A stretch of DNA of 64,000 bases from Rozella allomycis CSF55 (GCA_000442015.1 KE560971.1:1-64000), one strand, 5' to 3'; numbered from the stretch's first letter, positions 42,206-56,167 are shown. A program made the numbers and translations. The notes: generated by a model not told the origin, from the sequence alone.

Positions 42206-45047
42206 ATGGAGTATGTTCCCTTGGATCCAGAAGATTTAAATGAATCAAGCGTGCGTATAAACATGCCCAGACCTCAAAGATTAAGATCTTGGTCTGTTTT
42301 CGCACATGTAAATTGTATATTGTTTGCTAATCGAAGAAGGTTAAAGGTCACAAGACTGCAGTAGTAGGAGGATTTGCAGCTCTACTTTTACTTGTTACTT
42401 TCTCAGTACTGTTAGCTGGAAAATCGGCACCAAGTGGTGTTCCCGTGCCGTCTGTGCCAGATAAAGACTTTAACAAAATTATTAATGTTTGGACACCTTC
42501 AAAACATCGTAGTTATAAATTATGTTTCTTATAGGAAATGATCCAGATAGATTATTGCTTGGAGACATATATTCAGGAAAGTATCGGATATTCAAATATG
42601 ATGCTACATGGCAGAAATATAGTATTTGATTCTAATCTAATTTAAAAAGGAAATGAAAGCAATTGGATTATTCTTGTCGATGATGGGAATTTAATTTTGA
42701 GCAATGTGGAATCCAAAGAAAATGTTAAATTGATTTCAGCAACAGATTTATCAAAAGTATGATGGAACATTTAAGATTTACAGTTTGGATTAGTTCTGAG
42801 TTCATCCAGTCAAGTTAAAATTTCTCCTTCTACCAATTATGTGCTGATAATGAAAAGCTACAATAAAGTATGTTTGAACTGTAATAGATAAAGGCATGGA
42901 GGCATTCATCAACATCAACACATGTATTGTTTGATTTAAAAACCAGAGAAATGAAAGAATTCAACGAGGGAAATCCAGTTCAGGTTGTTGAGTGGCACAG
43001 CTCCATCGATACAATAGTAAAGCATAAAATACATGAAGAGAGGCATTTGTATCATTAGATAATAATTTGTATTTCCATGATGTCTTGAAAGATAAAACGA
43101 TTCAAGTAACGAATGACGGAGTAAACGAAAAAATATTCAATGGGATTGCTGATTGGGTTTACGAAGGTAGAAAATGATTCAAGCATTTCTTTAAGAGGAA
43201 ATCTTTATGAAAAGCAAAGCCTTTGAATGGTCTCCGGATGGAAAGTATCTAGCATTCTATAAATTTGATGATTCTGACGTTCCGAATATAAACTATTTAG
43301 AATTTGATCATGATTCATATTCGAAAATAAAATCAATCAAGTATCCAAAAGTAAATTTGTTGTATTATCCAATATAGCCTGGTCATCCAAATCCCTACGT
43401 TTCTTTGCACGTTTATTCTTTGGAGAAACAAACGTTAAGCCAAATTGATTTAGATAAAATTTATAAAAAAGAAAATAGAATTGTCAATGAACTAGTTTGG
43501 ATTGATAGTGAAAGATTTGTCGTTAGAGTTTTGAATAGAATTCAAAATGAGTCAAAATTGATTCTAATTGATGTTAGAAAACTTGAAGATTTACTTTTAA
43601 TTTCTTCTAAAATTTATGAAATTGACGGATGGATAGATTCAGTAGATTTTTTCTTTCAAGTTTAATACCAGAATGGAAAACTTAAAACATTCAAAACTAA
43701 AGAAGGAAAAATATTTTTATTAGACTTGAATAACTATAAAAATTACAATCATGTATATTTAATCGATGTAACTCAAAGCTCGATAGATCATTCACCTATC
43801 CTCTTAAGTGCCAATGAAAACGATTTCAAGTTTGATGTTTCTGAAATTTACGGTTACAATGAGCAAACTAATAAAGTGTATCTCAATCATTTTCCATTAA
43901 AATAGATACTTTGCTGCTGCTAAACCATCGGCTACAAATCTTAACCTCTTTGCATCATCCTTGGATGGGAAGGAATTGACTCAGGTCACCAGTGGAGACT
44001 CTTACTACACTGCTTCATTTAATCCAACCTTAGATTACTACTTTTTACATTACGAAGGTCCAAAAATCCCTAAAACATATTTGAAGAAGATGAACGACCC
44101 TGGTAATAATGCCAGTTTGATGTCATAGGATTTGAAAAGCTTATTGAAGACAATAAAGACTTTGAAGAAAACATAAAGGGAGTCAAATTGCCCTCAGTGG
44201 ATTATATTCAAATTCCTAGTGGAAAGTTGATGTTGAACGTAAAGGTTCTTTATCCTCCAGGGTTTAACGCGACACTTAAAAATTATTACCCTGTTTTTAT
44301 TCAAGTTTATAATGGGCCTTCAAGTCAAATGGTTACAAAGGAATATTCCAGATTTGAATATGGAACTCATTTGGCTTCAGCAGAAGATATTATTGTCGCA
44401 TATGTGGATGGAAGAGGTACAGCTAACAGAGGGAAGGAATTTAAAATGAGTGTTTATAAAAAGCTTGGCAAGTATGAAAGTGAAGATCAAATCGCTGCAG
44501 CCAAATGGTTTTCTGAATCGCCTTTTGTTCGTAAAAGTTGCATTGCGATTCAAGGTTGGGTAAATAATTGAAATTCATCATATTCAAGAGCTATGGCGGA
44601 TTCGTTGCCGCAAAAGTAATCGAAGCGAATAGCCCATACGTAAGAATTGGTGTCTCTGTTGCGCCAGTCACTAATTGGAAATTTTATGGTAATGAAAAGA
44701 GTTAAACTATTTTAGACACAATGTACACTGAGAGGTACATGGGCTTGTACAAAGATGCAAATATAGCCAATTATGAATCTTCTGCTGTGCAGTCAACATC
44801 CGGGTTCTTGAATTCGCGGTTTATGCTCATGCATGGTACAGGCGACGATAATGTTCATTTTCTGAATTCTGCGAGCCTAAGTCGCACTCTTCTTGATGGC
44901 GGTGTATACAATTTTGTGCAAAGGTATTATCCTGATTCTGACCACTCCATGAATAAAGATAGCAGGACAGCTGTTTGGGGTCCAATTTCGGAATTCTTAT
45001 TCGAAAGTTTTAAACTTGCATCATCAAACGAAAATAAAACATCTTAA
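42206..45047 (+). CDS. Type II membrane dipeptidyl aminopeptidase (S9B, DPP4/Ste13-like)
   Basis: N-terminal TM segment, NGIADWVYEEE, nucleophile GW|SYGG, HGTGDDNVHF, DSDH; about 13 micro-introns. Confidence 0.93.
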
Positions 45048-45264
45048 ATGATAATTCTTAACAATTTGTAAACGTTAGCAACTTACGACAGTTAAAATTG
45101 GGACCTTTACTTGATTAAATACATTATTTTTGCTTTGTCAAAAAAGGTAAACAATAACATACATTTATTGGATCTTCTTCAAGAGCATTAGTCTCCAAAC
45201 ATTTACATTCGAAAATATTAATATAAATTATAAACTTTAAGGACTATGGTATAACGAATTATGT

Positions 45265-45312
45265 ACAAGTCTCGCAGTGCTCGTTAAATCGGACGGGGAG
45301 TTTCTAATAATA
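45265..45312. repeat. Second copy of the ~50-bp dispersed repeat
   Basis: Matches 4553-4603 and ends at N45313. Confidence 0.75.
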
Positions 45313-45313
45313 N

Positions 45314-48300
45314 TGCATGGAATGTTTTGATTGGGATGCACATAAAGATCATAATGTTACCTATCATTTGAGTTCGGGCGTTGGTGGTTGCTGTGATTGT
45401 GGTAAGAGATGCTGATAGGGATGAAAGGTGATCCGGAAGCTTGGAAACGGCCAATAAGATGTAAGAAGCATGGGATAGTTGTGCCATCCTCTCTTGATGA
45501 AATGGTATGAGAAAAAACATATTTTGATAAAAGGAAAACAATATGTTTAAGAAATTACCGTTTGAGGAGAATGCAAGATTGAGTGTTTCCACTGTGTTGA
45601 GTTACATAATTGAGAATATTAAAGACGTTAAAGCGAGAGAAGAAGAAGTTGATGAAGGGGAAATCGCTGTGATATTGTACAATGATGAAACCCACTCTTA
45701 CCAGCAAGTGATTGGAGTATTGCAAAGGGCCATAGGAGTGACCAAAGAACAAGGACAAAAAATGGCTGAAACTGTTGATAAAAGGGTAAAACGATATGAA
45801 TAACATGATAGGGAAGAGAGATTGTAATTGTGAATTCCAACGTTGATTTATGTCGCCAAGTGGCTGCGATAATTTCATCTATTGGACTTTATGTGGAGCT
45901 TAAGAATCCAATAAAGTTTTGCAGACAACAAATATGTTCGATTTTGTTGGATTGGTTGATTAAAGTTTGCAAGGGTCATCCAACGCTATGCCACATTGTT
46001 TCTCAAAAATTAGTTGAAAGCCAAGAAACATTGGACGTTTTACTGTTGAATGATATTCATCTTTGGAAGGAGATGAGAAATGGGATAAAAGAGATGTTGA
46101 TTAATTCATTGCTAGTTGATGCTGAATGTAGGAATGAGATGGCATTATCGTTTACAAGGTGTTATCGTGAATTAGCTAATCAATTTTTCCAGAATATTGA
46201 TAGAGGTAAATTCAGTAGAATAAAGTAAAAAGAGCCGGAAATGTCGATCATTTTCTTTTCAGTTCAAATATTTACAACGCCGAGATTAGCATTATTTGTT
46301 AGTGAAAAGGGATTTATATTTGAGATTCTTTCTATTCTAAAAGAACAATTTGAGAAATGTGTGAAGGATGGTGAATTTGATTGTGATCATGAATTTGTTC
46401 AATTGAAGAGATATATTCATGTTTTTCTTGATTTGAGATACTTTTTGTCTACAGATTCAGTCAAGGAATACGCCCGCTCAAACAGTGAATTAAGGAATGC
46501 TTTTTTGGAGTTCTTTAGTTTGTTCCAAGGGATTGACAAATTTAAGAGAGAAGAGCAAATCCATGTGGAATATGAATCAGACTCATGGGTGAATGCTTTT
46601 AATCTATCTTTGCAGCTTTCAAAAATCGTGACTCTAGTTTCTGAAATTTACAGAAATGAAATATCTTTTGAAATTGATTTTAAGAATGAAAATAAGAATG
46701 ATTTTGTAACATATACAATGATCATTTAGTTTAGATGGTTTCAAAGGATAGAATATCATTCCATTTGCCACTCCAATGGGTTTTTGGTGCTAGTCTATTC
46801 CATTGTAAGGCGATTGATAAAATTCCTGCGAATAGAATGAAGGAAATAATGGATGGGCCATTGAGTTTGTTTGTATTGGAATCGCAAGTGAGAAGTGGAA
46901 TGTGGGTGAGAAATGGATTTTCCTTGAGAAATCAATTATTGAATTTCTGTGGTATTCAAATGAGAGAAGCTTGTTTTGATCCATGTTTCTATTTAATTCA
47001 GCTTGGGGCCATAAATTTAGGATTGGATGAGTTTTATGAATTTGTGTTACAAAGATTTGAGATTAATTTTGAATTGAATGATTCTAATTTAGTTTTTGCT
47101 GTTGAAGATTTTCTCCAATTGATTATTATGATATTTAGTGAGAGAATGTGGCTTTGTGAGATGGATATTGAAAATGAAATAAAACGGGAGCTTGTGCATC
47201 AATTAATGCTTGGGCCAATTTCTTTTAGTGATTTGATTAAAAAAGTTCCTGAAAGACTTCAAAATCATTCTGATTTCTTGACAATCTTGAAATCACTGAC
47301 AACGTTTAAATTCCCAGATTCTATTAATGAGAATGGAGTTTATATTTTAAAGGATGAATTTTATTCATTGATTGATCCATTTTTTATTCATTATTCACGT
47401 AAAGATAAATCAAATCTTTATGAAAATTTGAAATCAATTGTGATTAAGCCACCGAAATTTAGGCCGCCAATTTTATTTGAAAATATTAATAATTTACTTT
47501 TTAATTCAATTTATTTAAATTTATTAATAAAGTGTTTTAATTTGTGTGTTGAGACTTCAAATGATTCACTGATTGATACGTTGGTGTATTCGTGGCAATT
47601 GTTGGGATGTTCATTGTTGGAGAATGAAGATTTGGAAACAAAAGAAGAAGTAATTTTAGTTTATGAAAATATTTTATCGTCAAGAAGAATGGAAATGTTT
47701 TCATCGCAAAGAAAAAGAATTGATTCAAGTCTTGAAGAGTTGAAGAAATTGAAAGATGAACATTTTTTGAAACCCTTGTTGAATAGAGTTGATTTTGATG
47801 AAGAAAATGTAGACAAGAGAAAATCCAAAGCGAATTTAAGAAGAAAGAAATTGATGGAAGAAATGGCCAAAGTTCAGCAATCAGCATTTTCTAAATTTGA
47901 AGAATATTTAACAGATGAAGAAGAAGAGCAAGAAGAAAATTATGAAATTTATCCGAGTTGGAATTTGCCAAGTGGAGTTTGCATTGTTTGCCAAGAAATG
48001 ACGAGTGAAAATTCAACAAATTTTGGATTTCTTTCGTTTGTTCAATCAAGTCGTCTCTTAGGATATCAAGGAACTTTTATTTCAACTTGTGGGCATTCAA
48101 TGCATTTGAATTGTTATTTCAATTACAAAAAGAATTCTCCGTCATCGTTGGAGTATCAATGTCCTCTGTGTAAAACTCTTTGTAATTGTATTTTACCAGC
48201 AACTCCTTTGCAAAGTTCTTTTTATGATGATTCTCCAATTTCAATCTTTGAATCTACTGATGTAAAATTATTAAAAGAGAATTTTGATATTCTGCTTGGT

Positions 48301-49351
48301 GGGCTTGAAAATTGTCTTTCTTTTACTGCATTATCTACCCTGGTTGAGAAATTTACAGTTGAATCAAATTTATCTTTAAATCGAATTGTTGTTTTGAAAA
48401 TGCTTTTAATTCTAGTTACCCTAAATTTTAAACTATCACAAAGAGGAAATTCAGAAGATACAAAGAGAAGTGATGAAGAAATCAACAGTCACAATCTGCT
48501 TGGAATTCATAATGAATTAATCAACAACGCTTCAAATGTTCAAAATTTTGTTGATCTTGTGGTTAAAATGCTCATTAAATCTCATCCAATCAATGGAAAA
48601 GAAAAATTCAAAAATGATTTCAAAATTCTTTTCAATATTTTCAATTCAAGAATTTACAATGAAGAAATTAAAGAAATTGAAGAAATTGAAGAAATAAAAA
48701 ATCAAAACTTAAATTTGTTTTTAAACGCAACTCTTTTGCTCTTCAATGTTCATTTCAATGATGAATGGGAAATTAAAGCTGAAGATTTATTAGATAATTC
48801 TCTTCATGTTCAATCTGAATTATCACCCTTGAAATTGATAAACTTTAAATCGTAAACTTGTTTGTTTCTTTAAATAGATTCAATTTAATCAATCTACCTG
48901 AAAGATTTGATTTACTTTTTAAATTCAGAGATGAAAACCCTTGTTTAACTTGTAAAAATATTCCTTATGATCCAGCCTTGTGTTTATTCTGTGGAAGAAT
49001 CCTTTGCTCTCGTTCTTATTGCTGCAACACTGGTGGGCTAGGCGAAGTTACAACTCACACAGAAGAGTAAACTTATTCCTTTCATTAAATAGACACGGCG
49101 TTGGTATTTATCTATTAATAAACTCTTGCATTATTTTAGTTCTTTACAGAGGAAAAGCTTGCTATTTACCTGCTCCATATCTCGATGAACATGGTGAATT
49201 AGACTTGGGTCTCAAAAAAGGAAGAATCCTCTTTCTCATTGAAAAAAGATATCTCGAAATTAAAAAAATGTGGATTCAACACAGATTACCAAACGTCATT
49301 GCAAGTAAACAAAAACATGAAGACAGATTCATCAATTGGGATTTTCTTTAA
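45314..49351 (+). CDS. UBR1: UBR1 N-end-rule E3 ligase, main part
   Basis: CMECF..H..GGCCDCGDPEAWK, ClpS-like LYNDETHSY, RING-H2 CIVCQE..STCGHSMH..YQCPLCK, YLDEHGELD. Confidence 0.93.
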
Positions 49352-49564
49352 TAAATTATTTTCATCTAAAGATTTTTCATATTTTTTCATATAAATTGCA
49401 GACAAATTTCTATTACTTTGGGAGTCAGGAATAACAAAACTTGATTTCCAATATCTATTATCTATACTACACAAAGAGTGCTCACTTAGCGCCAGATTAA
49501 GAAATGAAAAAGTTAATTGCAATATTTTCTAATGGAAAGTGTTCTAATTCTTTATTCATTTGTA

Positions 49565-52500
49565 TCAGTCTTCATCTTCAATTTTCTCATATTGTCCAGG
49601 ATCTTGGTACAGCGGATTTTCAAAACGTAATGTTCGGTCTTTATATAAAGGATTGTTAATAGCCACATCAGCCCACAAAGTAGCATCCAAGCTATTCTTA
49701 GTCTTGCGTCTATGACTAAATAGAATGCCAACTCCAACTGCAGCTCCAACAGCTCCAGCGATCGCAACTCCGGTTACAATGTTAGTCGTATTTGAAGTTA
49801 CTTCATTAGACGAATATTGAGAAACAGTTTGTTGTAATACTTCGTCTTGAGGACAGGTTGAATAGTTGGTCTGATTTTTACACAAAATGTTTCTGTTTTT
49901 GTTGTCATGGCATGACTTAGTTTCATTACACCAAAAGCAAGAATTTATATTCTCCAAGCATGTAGAACAAGTGGTACGGAAATTACAAATTGCTTCTTGT
50001 CTGCAAGTAGATCCATCTCCATCACAAACTCCACATTCATCCAAAATCGCACCAGAGTATGGTTTTCCATCGCATCCCGCACATGTTGAATTATCGCCCC
50101 CACATACTTGGCATGCGTCAAATGCTTTTCCAGACGCTGGAATACCGTCGCAACCAATACATGTAGAGCCATCGCCGTTGCATATTCCACATGGATCCAT
50201 TACACACACCACTGAGCAATCTAAACCAATATAACCTTCCTGGCATGTACAAGTGCCATTATTAGAGCAAACACCTTTGTTGTTGCATTCGTATCCGTTG
50301 TAGCGCGGACATTCCTTAAGTGAACAGTCAACACCTTTGTATCCATTTTCACATGCACATTGATCGCATATACAGGTACCATGACCACTGCATCCATTTT
50401 TCGTTGTNCATGACCACTACATCCATTTTTCGTTGTACAATTCGATTTAGAACATCCACAGTCCACTCCACCCCAACCTTCAACACAACGACATTGTCCA
50501 CATTCACATACTCCGTGGTTCAAACAATTTCCAGGACATTCAGCGGTAGAGCAATTACAGGTGCCATTGATTTTGGTATACCCTGATTGACAAGAACAGG
50601 TACCAGTGTCAGTGTCNTGTCGCAAGAGCCAAAACCGCATGTAGTATTACAGTATTTCTCTAAAATTATTTATGTGATAGTTGCATACTTTCACAAAGAT
50701 TGCCAAAATAACCCATAGGGCATGTACAAGTACCGTTACAATTGCATATTCCGCCGTTTAAGCAACCCAACGGGCATGACTTGCAGTCGCAGGAATTTCC
50801 GTAATATCCAGGTTTGCAAATACAGTTTCCTTGACAATCACAGCCAAGTGAACCGTCCGAATTACATAAACCAGTGCAATTTCGGCAATTGCAAGTGTCG
50901 CCATAGAAAGAAGCATTGCATACACACTGCCCTAATGTATAATCACAATAGCCGTTTTCACAACCCTTGGAACAATTTTTATCTATCATTACAAAAACAA
51001 TCCGTTACATTGACATGAATCACCAAAAACATTTTCAATACATTTACATGTTCCATTTTGACAATTATTGAAACCTGTGGAGTTCGTACAAGATTCAGAA
51101 CATAGTTTTATATCACAATTTCCTCCGGACCAACCATTGTCACACGTACAGGTCCCGTCACAATTGCATGTTCCATGACCAGAACAGTTTGATTCGCATG
51201 TCTTGCCTACCTCAAAAATTCAGGGTTTAAATTACACTCACAATTTGTTCCGATATATCCAGTTTTACAGATACAAGTTCCATTGCAAGAACATTGAGAA
51301 ACATTGGTACTATTTAAGCATTGTGAACTGCAGGATGTACATTCACACAATGACCCTGTTTTGCCCACTGGACACGTACAACTTCCGTCACAATTTGAGG
51401 ATCCACCATTTTGTATACAAGTGGTAGGTGCAGCTCTACAATCACAGGTATGATTAGGCCTAGAACGATCACAAACACATTCACCATTATTGTTACAGAC
51501 TTCGGTAGATAAGCACGTCGTATTACACGTTTTCCATTCGCAAGTTGGGCCTCTATATCCTGGAAGGCAGTCACAAAGACCAGTTGTACANGTATCCAGT
51601 TTTACAAATACAAGTTCCATTACAAGAACACTGAGAGACATTGGTACTATTCAAACATTGTGAACTGCAGGATGTACATTCGCACAATGACCCTGTTTTG
51701 CCCACTGGACACGTACAACTTCCGTCACAATTTGAGGATCCACCATTTTGTATACAAGTGGTAGGTGCAGCTCTACAATCACAGGTATGATTAGGCCTAG
51801 AACGATCACAAACACATTCACCATTATTGTTACAGACTTCGGTAGATAAGCACGTCGTATTACACGTTTTCCATTCGCAAGTTGGGCCTCTATATCCTGG
51901 AAGGCAGTCACAAAGACCAGTTGTACAATTTGACACACCATGAATACATGTTGGGGACACTTTACAAGAGCAATCAGCACCTGTCCAACCGTTTGCGCAA
52001 GTACACGATCCATCACAATTACAGGCACCTCTGTTGGTGCAATTGTTGTAACATTCTGTCTTACAATCGCAATTCACCCCTTTCCAGCCATTTTGACATA
52101 TACAATCACCAGTTGTGCAGTTATAGTTTTGAACATTTATGCATCCAATCTTTCTCACAGCACATTTACAATCAGGTTTCAGATATCCGTCATTGCAAGA
52201 ACAAGTACCATCACATAAACAAGTTCCCCTATTCGAGCAATTCTCTGGGCAGCTTTCTTTGCAATCACACAAGTCTCCTTTCCATCCCGGGAGACAAATC
52301 CACTTTCCAGTTGAACAATTGTAAGCACCATTACTATTAACGGCATTTCCCTGTGGAAGTTTGCAACTACAGTCTGGTCCACTTCTATCGGGAGGACAGC
52401 TACAAGATCCATCACAGTTACATGTACCAACACCGGAGCAATTGTTTGGACATCTTTTACAGTTACAATTAACACCTGTAAAACCTGAATTGCAAGTACA

Positions 52501-54349
52501 GTTTCCTGTGTCACAGTCAAATATTCCATTTCGACATAAAGACTTCCCAACTTTACACGAACAATTCAATCCTTCCCATCCTTCTTTACATATACATCTG
52601 CCCGTGTCACAATCACATACACCATTCTCTAAGCATTTATCGTCACATTTTCGACAAGAACATGGGGTTCTAACAACCGAGAGGGAAAATAGGCGTTGAC
52701 AAGTATCTGGAATATCTATTTTCAAAGCATTGTTCTGTGTAACGGTCCTTAATGAGATTGTTTTTAATGGTGAATTATCTTCATCATACGAGCAAACTAA
52801 TAGGACATCAAAATATCCAGATGCATTGAATCTTGCCAAAAACTTTCCATTGGGCACGATGTACTTTAGCCCATTTAAATTTCGAACATTGTTCCTATTG
52901 TCAATCTGCCAACCAAATTTTCTTCCTTGAAATATTTGATCACCTGAATCAATAAGGGTATAGGCAGGAGCCGATAAGCTGTTTGACGGCGCGAATAGCA
53001 AAAATATGAATTCGGCATTATACTTACCAATTATTGGACTAGTAAAGTTACTAGGACATTCACATTTCCCACATGACCAAATAGCGCCATTATCATAACA
53101 CATCCCCCTATCTGTGGGACATTCGCAGTTTGGACCCTCATATCCTATTGGACACTTACACTTTTTCTGGCTACAATCACACTTTCCGCCATTTAGACAC
53201 CCGCCGCACACCAATGTGGAATTACCTAAATTGAAGTTAAATTTTAGGTATACACGAGCAGTCTGGATTGTAAGTGACGTTGTATGATATATTGCAGACA
53301 CATTTTCCTGTGTTTGTATCGCAAAAGCCGTTATCCGGGTCGCAAGAAGGCGTGCACACTTTGGGAATATGGGGCTGTTCTACTGTAGAAGTTATTGCAA
53401 TCAATACTTATATATTAATGTTAATATATATATTACAGTCATTGTAATCTCTATCTCCACCGCCGTACATATCCTCCCAGCCAAGATAGAACATATTTTT
53501 GGACGAGTCCTGAATCATTGCAATATGCCTAAGGCCATCAGTATTAAGTTGAGTAATTGAATAGTATACATTCATTCCAGGGTAGTTTTCTACATTAGGA
53601 TCACCACTACAACTAAATCTTGAATAACAATAGAAGAAATCAGGTGTTGACCAGGAATCGAAGTTAGCGAGGCAGGACATCATGGCTCCATGATTTGGAG
53701 ATTCTTTACAATCTTGGAATTTTCTACCGGCTCCATTAGAATGCATATAAAATCCCACTCTGGATCCAGCTGGGAACGGACCAACAGTAACTGTTTCGCC
53801 GATTTCGGCACAATCCTTTATTTCTTTTTTTGTTTTCCACGGTGAATTGGTCATAGAAACGTCGGGGAAAACTTCGTACTTGTTAATTCAAGCCAATATT
53901 GTTACCATTGAGCCAGGAATGATTTTGTTGTTTGCATCAAACAAAAAGACACCAAACTGATTTCTGTAGCCCGCACCATCTGCGAGTAAGGTGATTTCAA
54001 TATAGCCAGTTCGGTTAAAGTAAAAATTGGGATCCATTTTAGGGTCAAGAAACGCATTTCTTGTATTTTTGCTTTCTTCTGTCGGAATGTACCCAGTCTC
54101 AGGGAAATATTTTGACATTATTTTCGTAATTTCACTCGTGTTAAACCTTTTAAGATATTGATATTGGGACCTAGGGCAGCACCAAGAGCCTTCATTGGGC
54201 CAGGACTTTGGGCAATTGTTTCTGTTAACATATGTAACAGTATTATTGAGCGGTCTAATAATAGAGTACGTAGTATTCTTCCAAACAGCACTGATTTGGC
54301 ATATAATGTAAGGGAAAAAACAGCAAAAGAGGATCAACGTCCGCACCAT
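49565..54349 (-). CDS. Large type I membrane protein: signal peptide, DUF4114-like domain, many EGF-like repeats, CGVCxGDG repeats, PSI-like domain, TM, double-NPLY tail
   Basis: Domains read from the spliced translation; contains Ns at 50408, 50617 and 51591. An upstream ATG at 54406 is possible. Confidence 0.85.
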
Positions 54350-54425
54350 TTGGAAAATGTAAACAAACAAAACAGCCTTTAATGCTATTTTATGAAAATA
54401 AAACATTATTTTATTTCGTCTGTTT

Positions 54426-56167
54426 TTACTTTCCTTTAAGCGATTTCATCAAATATTTTCCTTTGGCTACTTTTTCTTGACTCTTCATGGCATTTTTATA
54501 TTCAGCAATTGGGTTCCGACCTTTGATCTTAGCTTGGACAACATTCTGATTAAAGTAGTTTTCATCGAATTCGTTTAAAGATTTTGCTCGTTTTTCATAC
54601 TTTTTATTTTCCAAGTTTTCTGATTTTTTGGGAGGGTTCTGTTCCAACCATAATTTGTAGCTTTTTTCATTGAATAGTTTTCCATCAATTCCAGGTGGTG
54701 CATGGCAGTAAATAAGTTTTCCGTTGACATAGTCTTTTAAGATCACTCTAGCAGCACGTGATTCATCAGGGTTGCCTTGTACGGAGCGAACGTAACCTCT
54801 CAATATTGCATACGTTTGGAGGAGTTCATAAACAGTCGGGGGCCTATTTGGATCTTCATGATCTGCAGGAAGGGGAATTTTCATGCCATAGACTCGCTCC
54901 AAAACTGATCTGGGAATCCTTTCAGCCACTAACGTAGAAGGTCCTAATGAATCTCGAAGCTGATCAACAGGCAAAATGCCGTTGACAACCAGTTCAGCTT
55001 TTGTAGTAGCAAATGATGGTAGAACAAGACCAGGACAATCCAAAAGGCAGAGTTCAGAATCCAAAATGATGGTTTGAAAATGTTTCGTTTTCCCTGGAGT
55101 AGCAGCGACACCAACTTTCTTTTCACCTGCCATTGCGTTGATTGTGGATGATTTCCCGACATTAGGGTACCCGATCAAACCAACAGTTTTTTGCTCTGAA
55201 TCTTTTCTTAATGAAACCTAAATCTTACTATTCGAAATCTGCTGGGAAAAATTCTTAAAGAATTCAGTCAATTCAAATGCATCCAAAATTTTTGTCTTAT
55301 CGTTGGCAACTTCTTCTGAAACGCAATCAGCATTTTCTAATTTTTCCGCTGCCAAAGTAGCTGAAAAGAACACAAAATCTAATTTTTCTGCTTCAAAATA
55401 TTCAACCCAGGCCGCTCTTTGTTCTTTGCTAAGAAGATCGGATTTATTTAGCACTAATAAATTTTTCTTATCTTCACCGACTTCCTTTACGTATCTCTCT
55501 AAATCTGGTGATCTGAAAAGAAGGGGATTTCTAGCGTCCACAATTTGAACCAATACATCACTATCCTTGTTTCAGAATAAAATTACCTTCTTTCAATAAC
55601 TCTCCACAATTGTCTCCAAAAATCGAGATTCTTTTCAAATGGAGTCATGAGATAATCTTCTTCCAATCTATTATGTGGCCATGATATATAATACTTTGCA
55701 AGGTTTCTTCTCCACTCTAAAAAGGACTGACTCTCAAGTTGATGCAATTCTTTAGCAGACATACTTCTATTCCATTTTGGTCAATAATAAAACGAAAAAT
55801 AAACTCTTACCGTCTTGGCACAGTGGCCAAGAGCTTGTTATTTTCAATCTTTTCTAAAAGCTCTCGCTCTTTTTCTTGCGAAATAGAAGTAGAATTTGCA
55901 ACTTGTTGAATAATGACTTGGATGTTTTGTTTCTCAGCTACAAAATCTTTTTCGGCAGCTTCTGCTTCATACAGAAATTCTTCGAGATTAGTCTGCTCGG
56001 TTATAGATTTCAGAGCCGGTTTCTTTTCTTGTTGCGTTGAATGCTAAATGTCATAAAAATAACTGAAATACGATTAATGTATTGACATCCTGAACAGTTT
56101 TAACAGTCTTAAATCTTGATCTAAGCAAACTCTTTCCAAGCTGCTGTTTTGAATTTTTTCTAGACAT
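54426..56167 (-). CDS. LSG1: Large subunit GTPase 1
   Basis: FLEWRRNLA, TPFEKNLDFWRQLWRVIERSD, GYPNVGKSSTIN, TPGKTKHFQT, DCPGL. Confidence 0.95.

Noticed and set aside
51203-52699. Overlapping ORFs in other frames of the EGF gene
   Set aside because: Frame shadows of the Cys-rich repeats.
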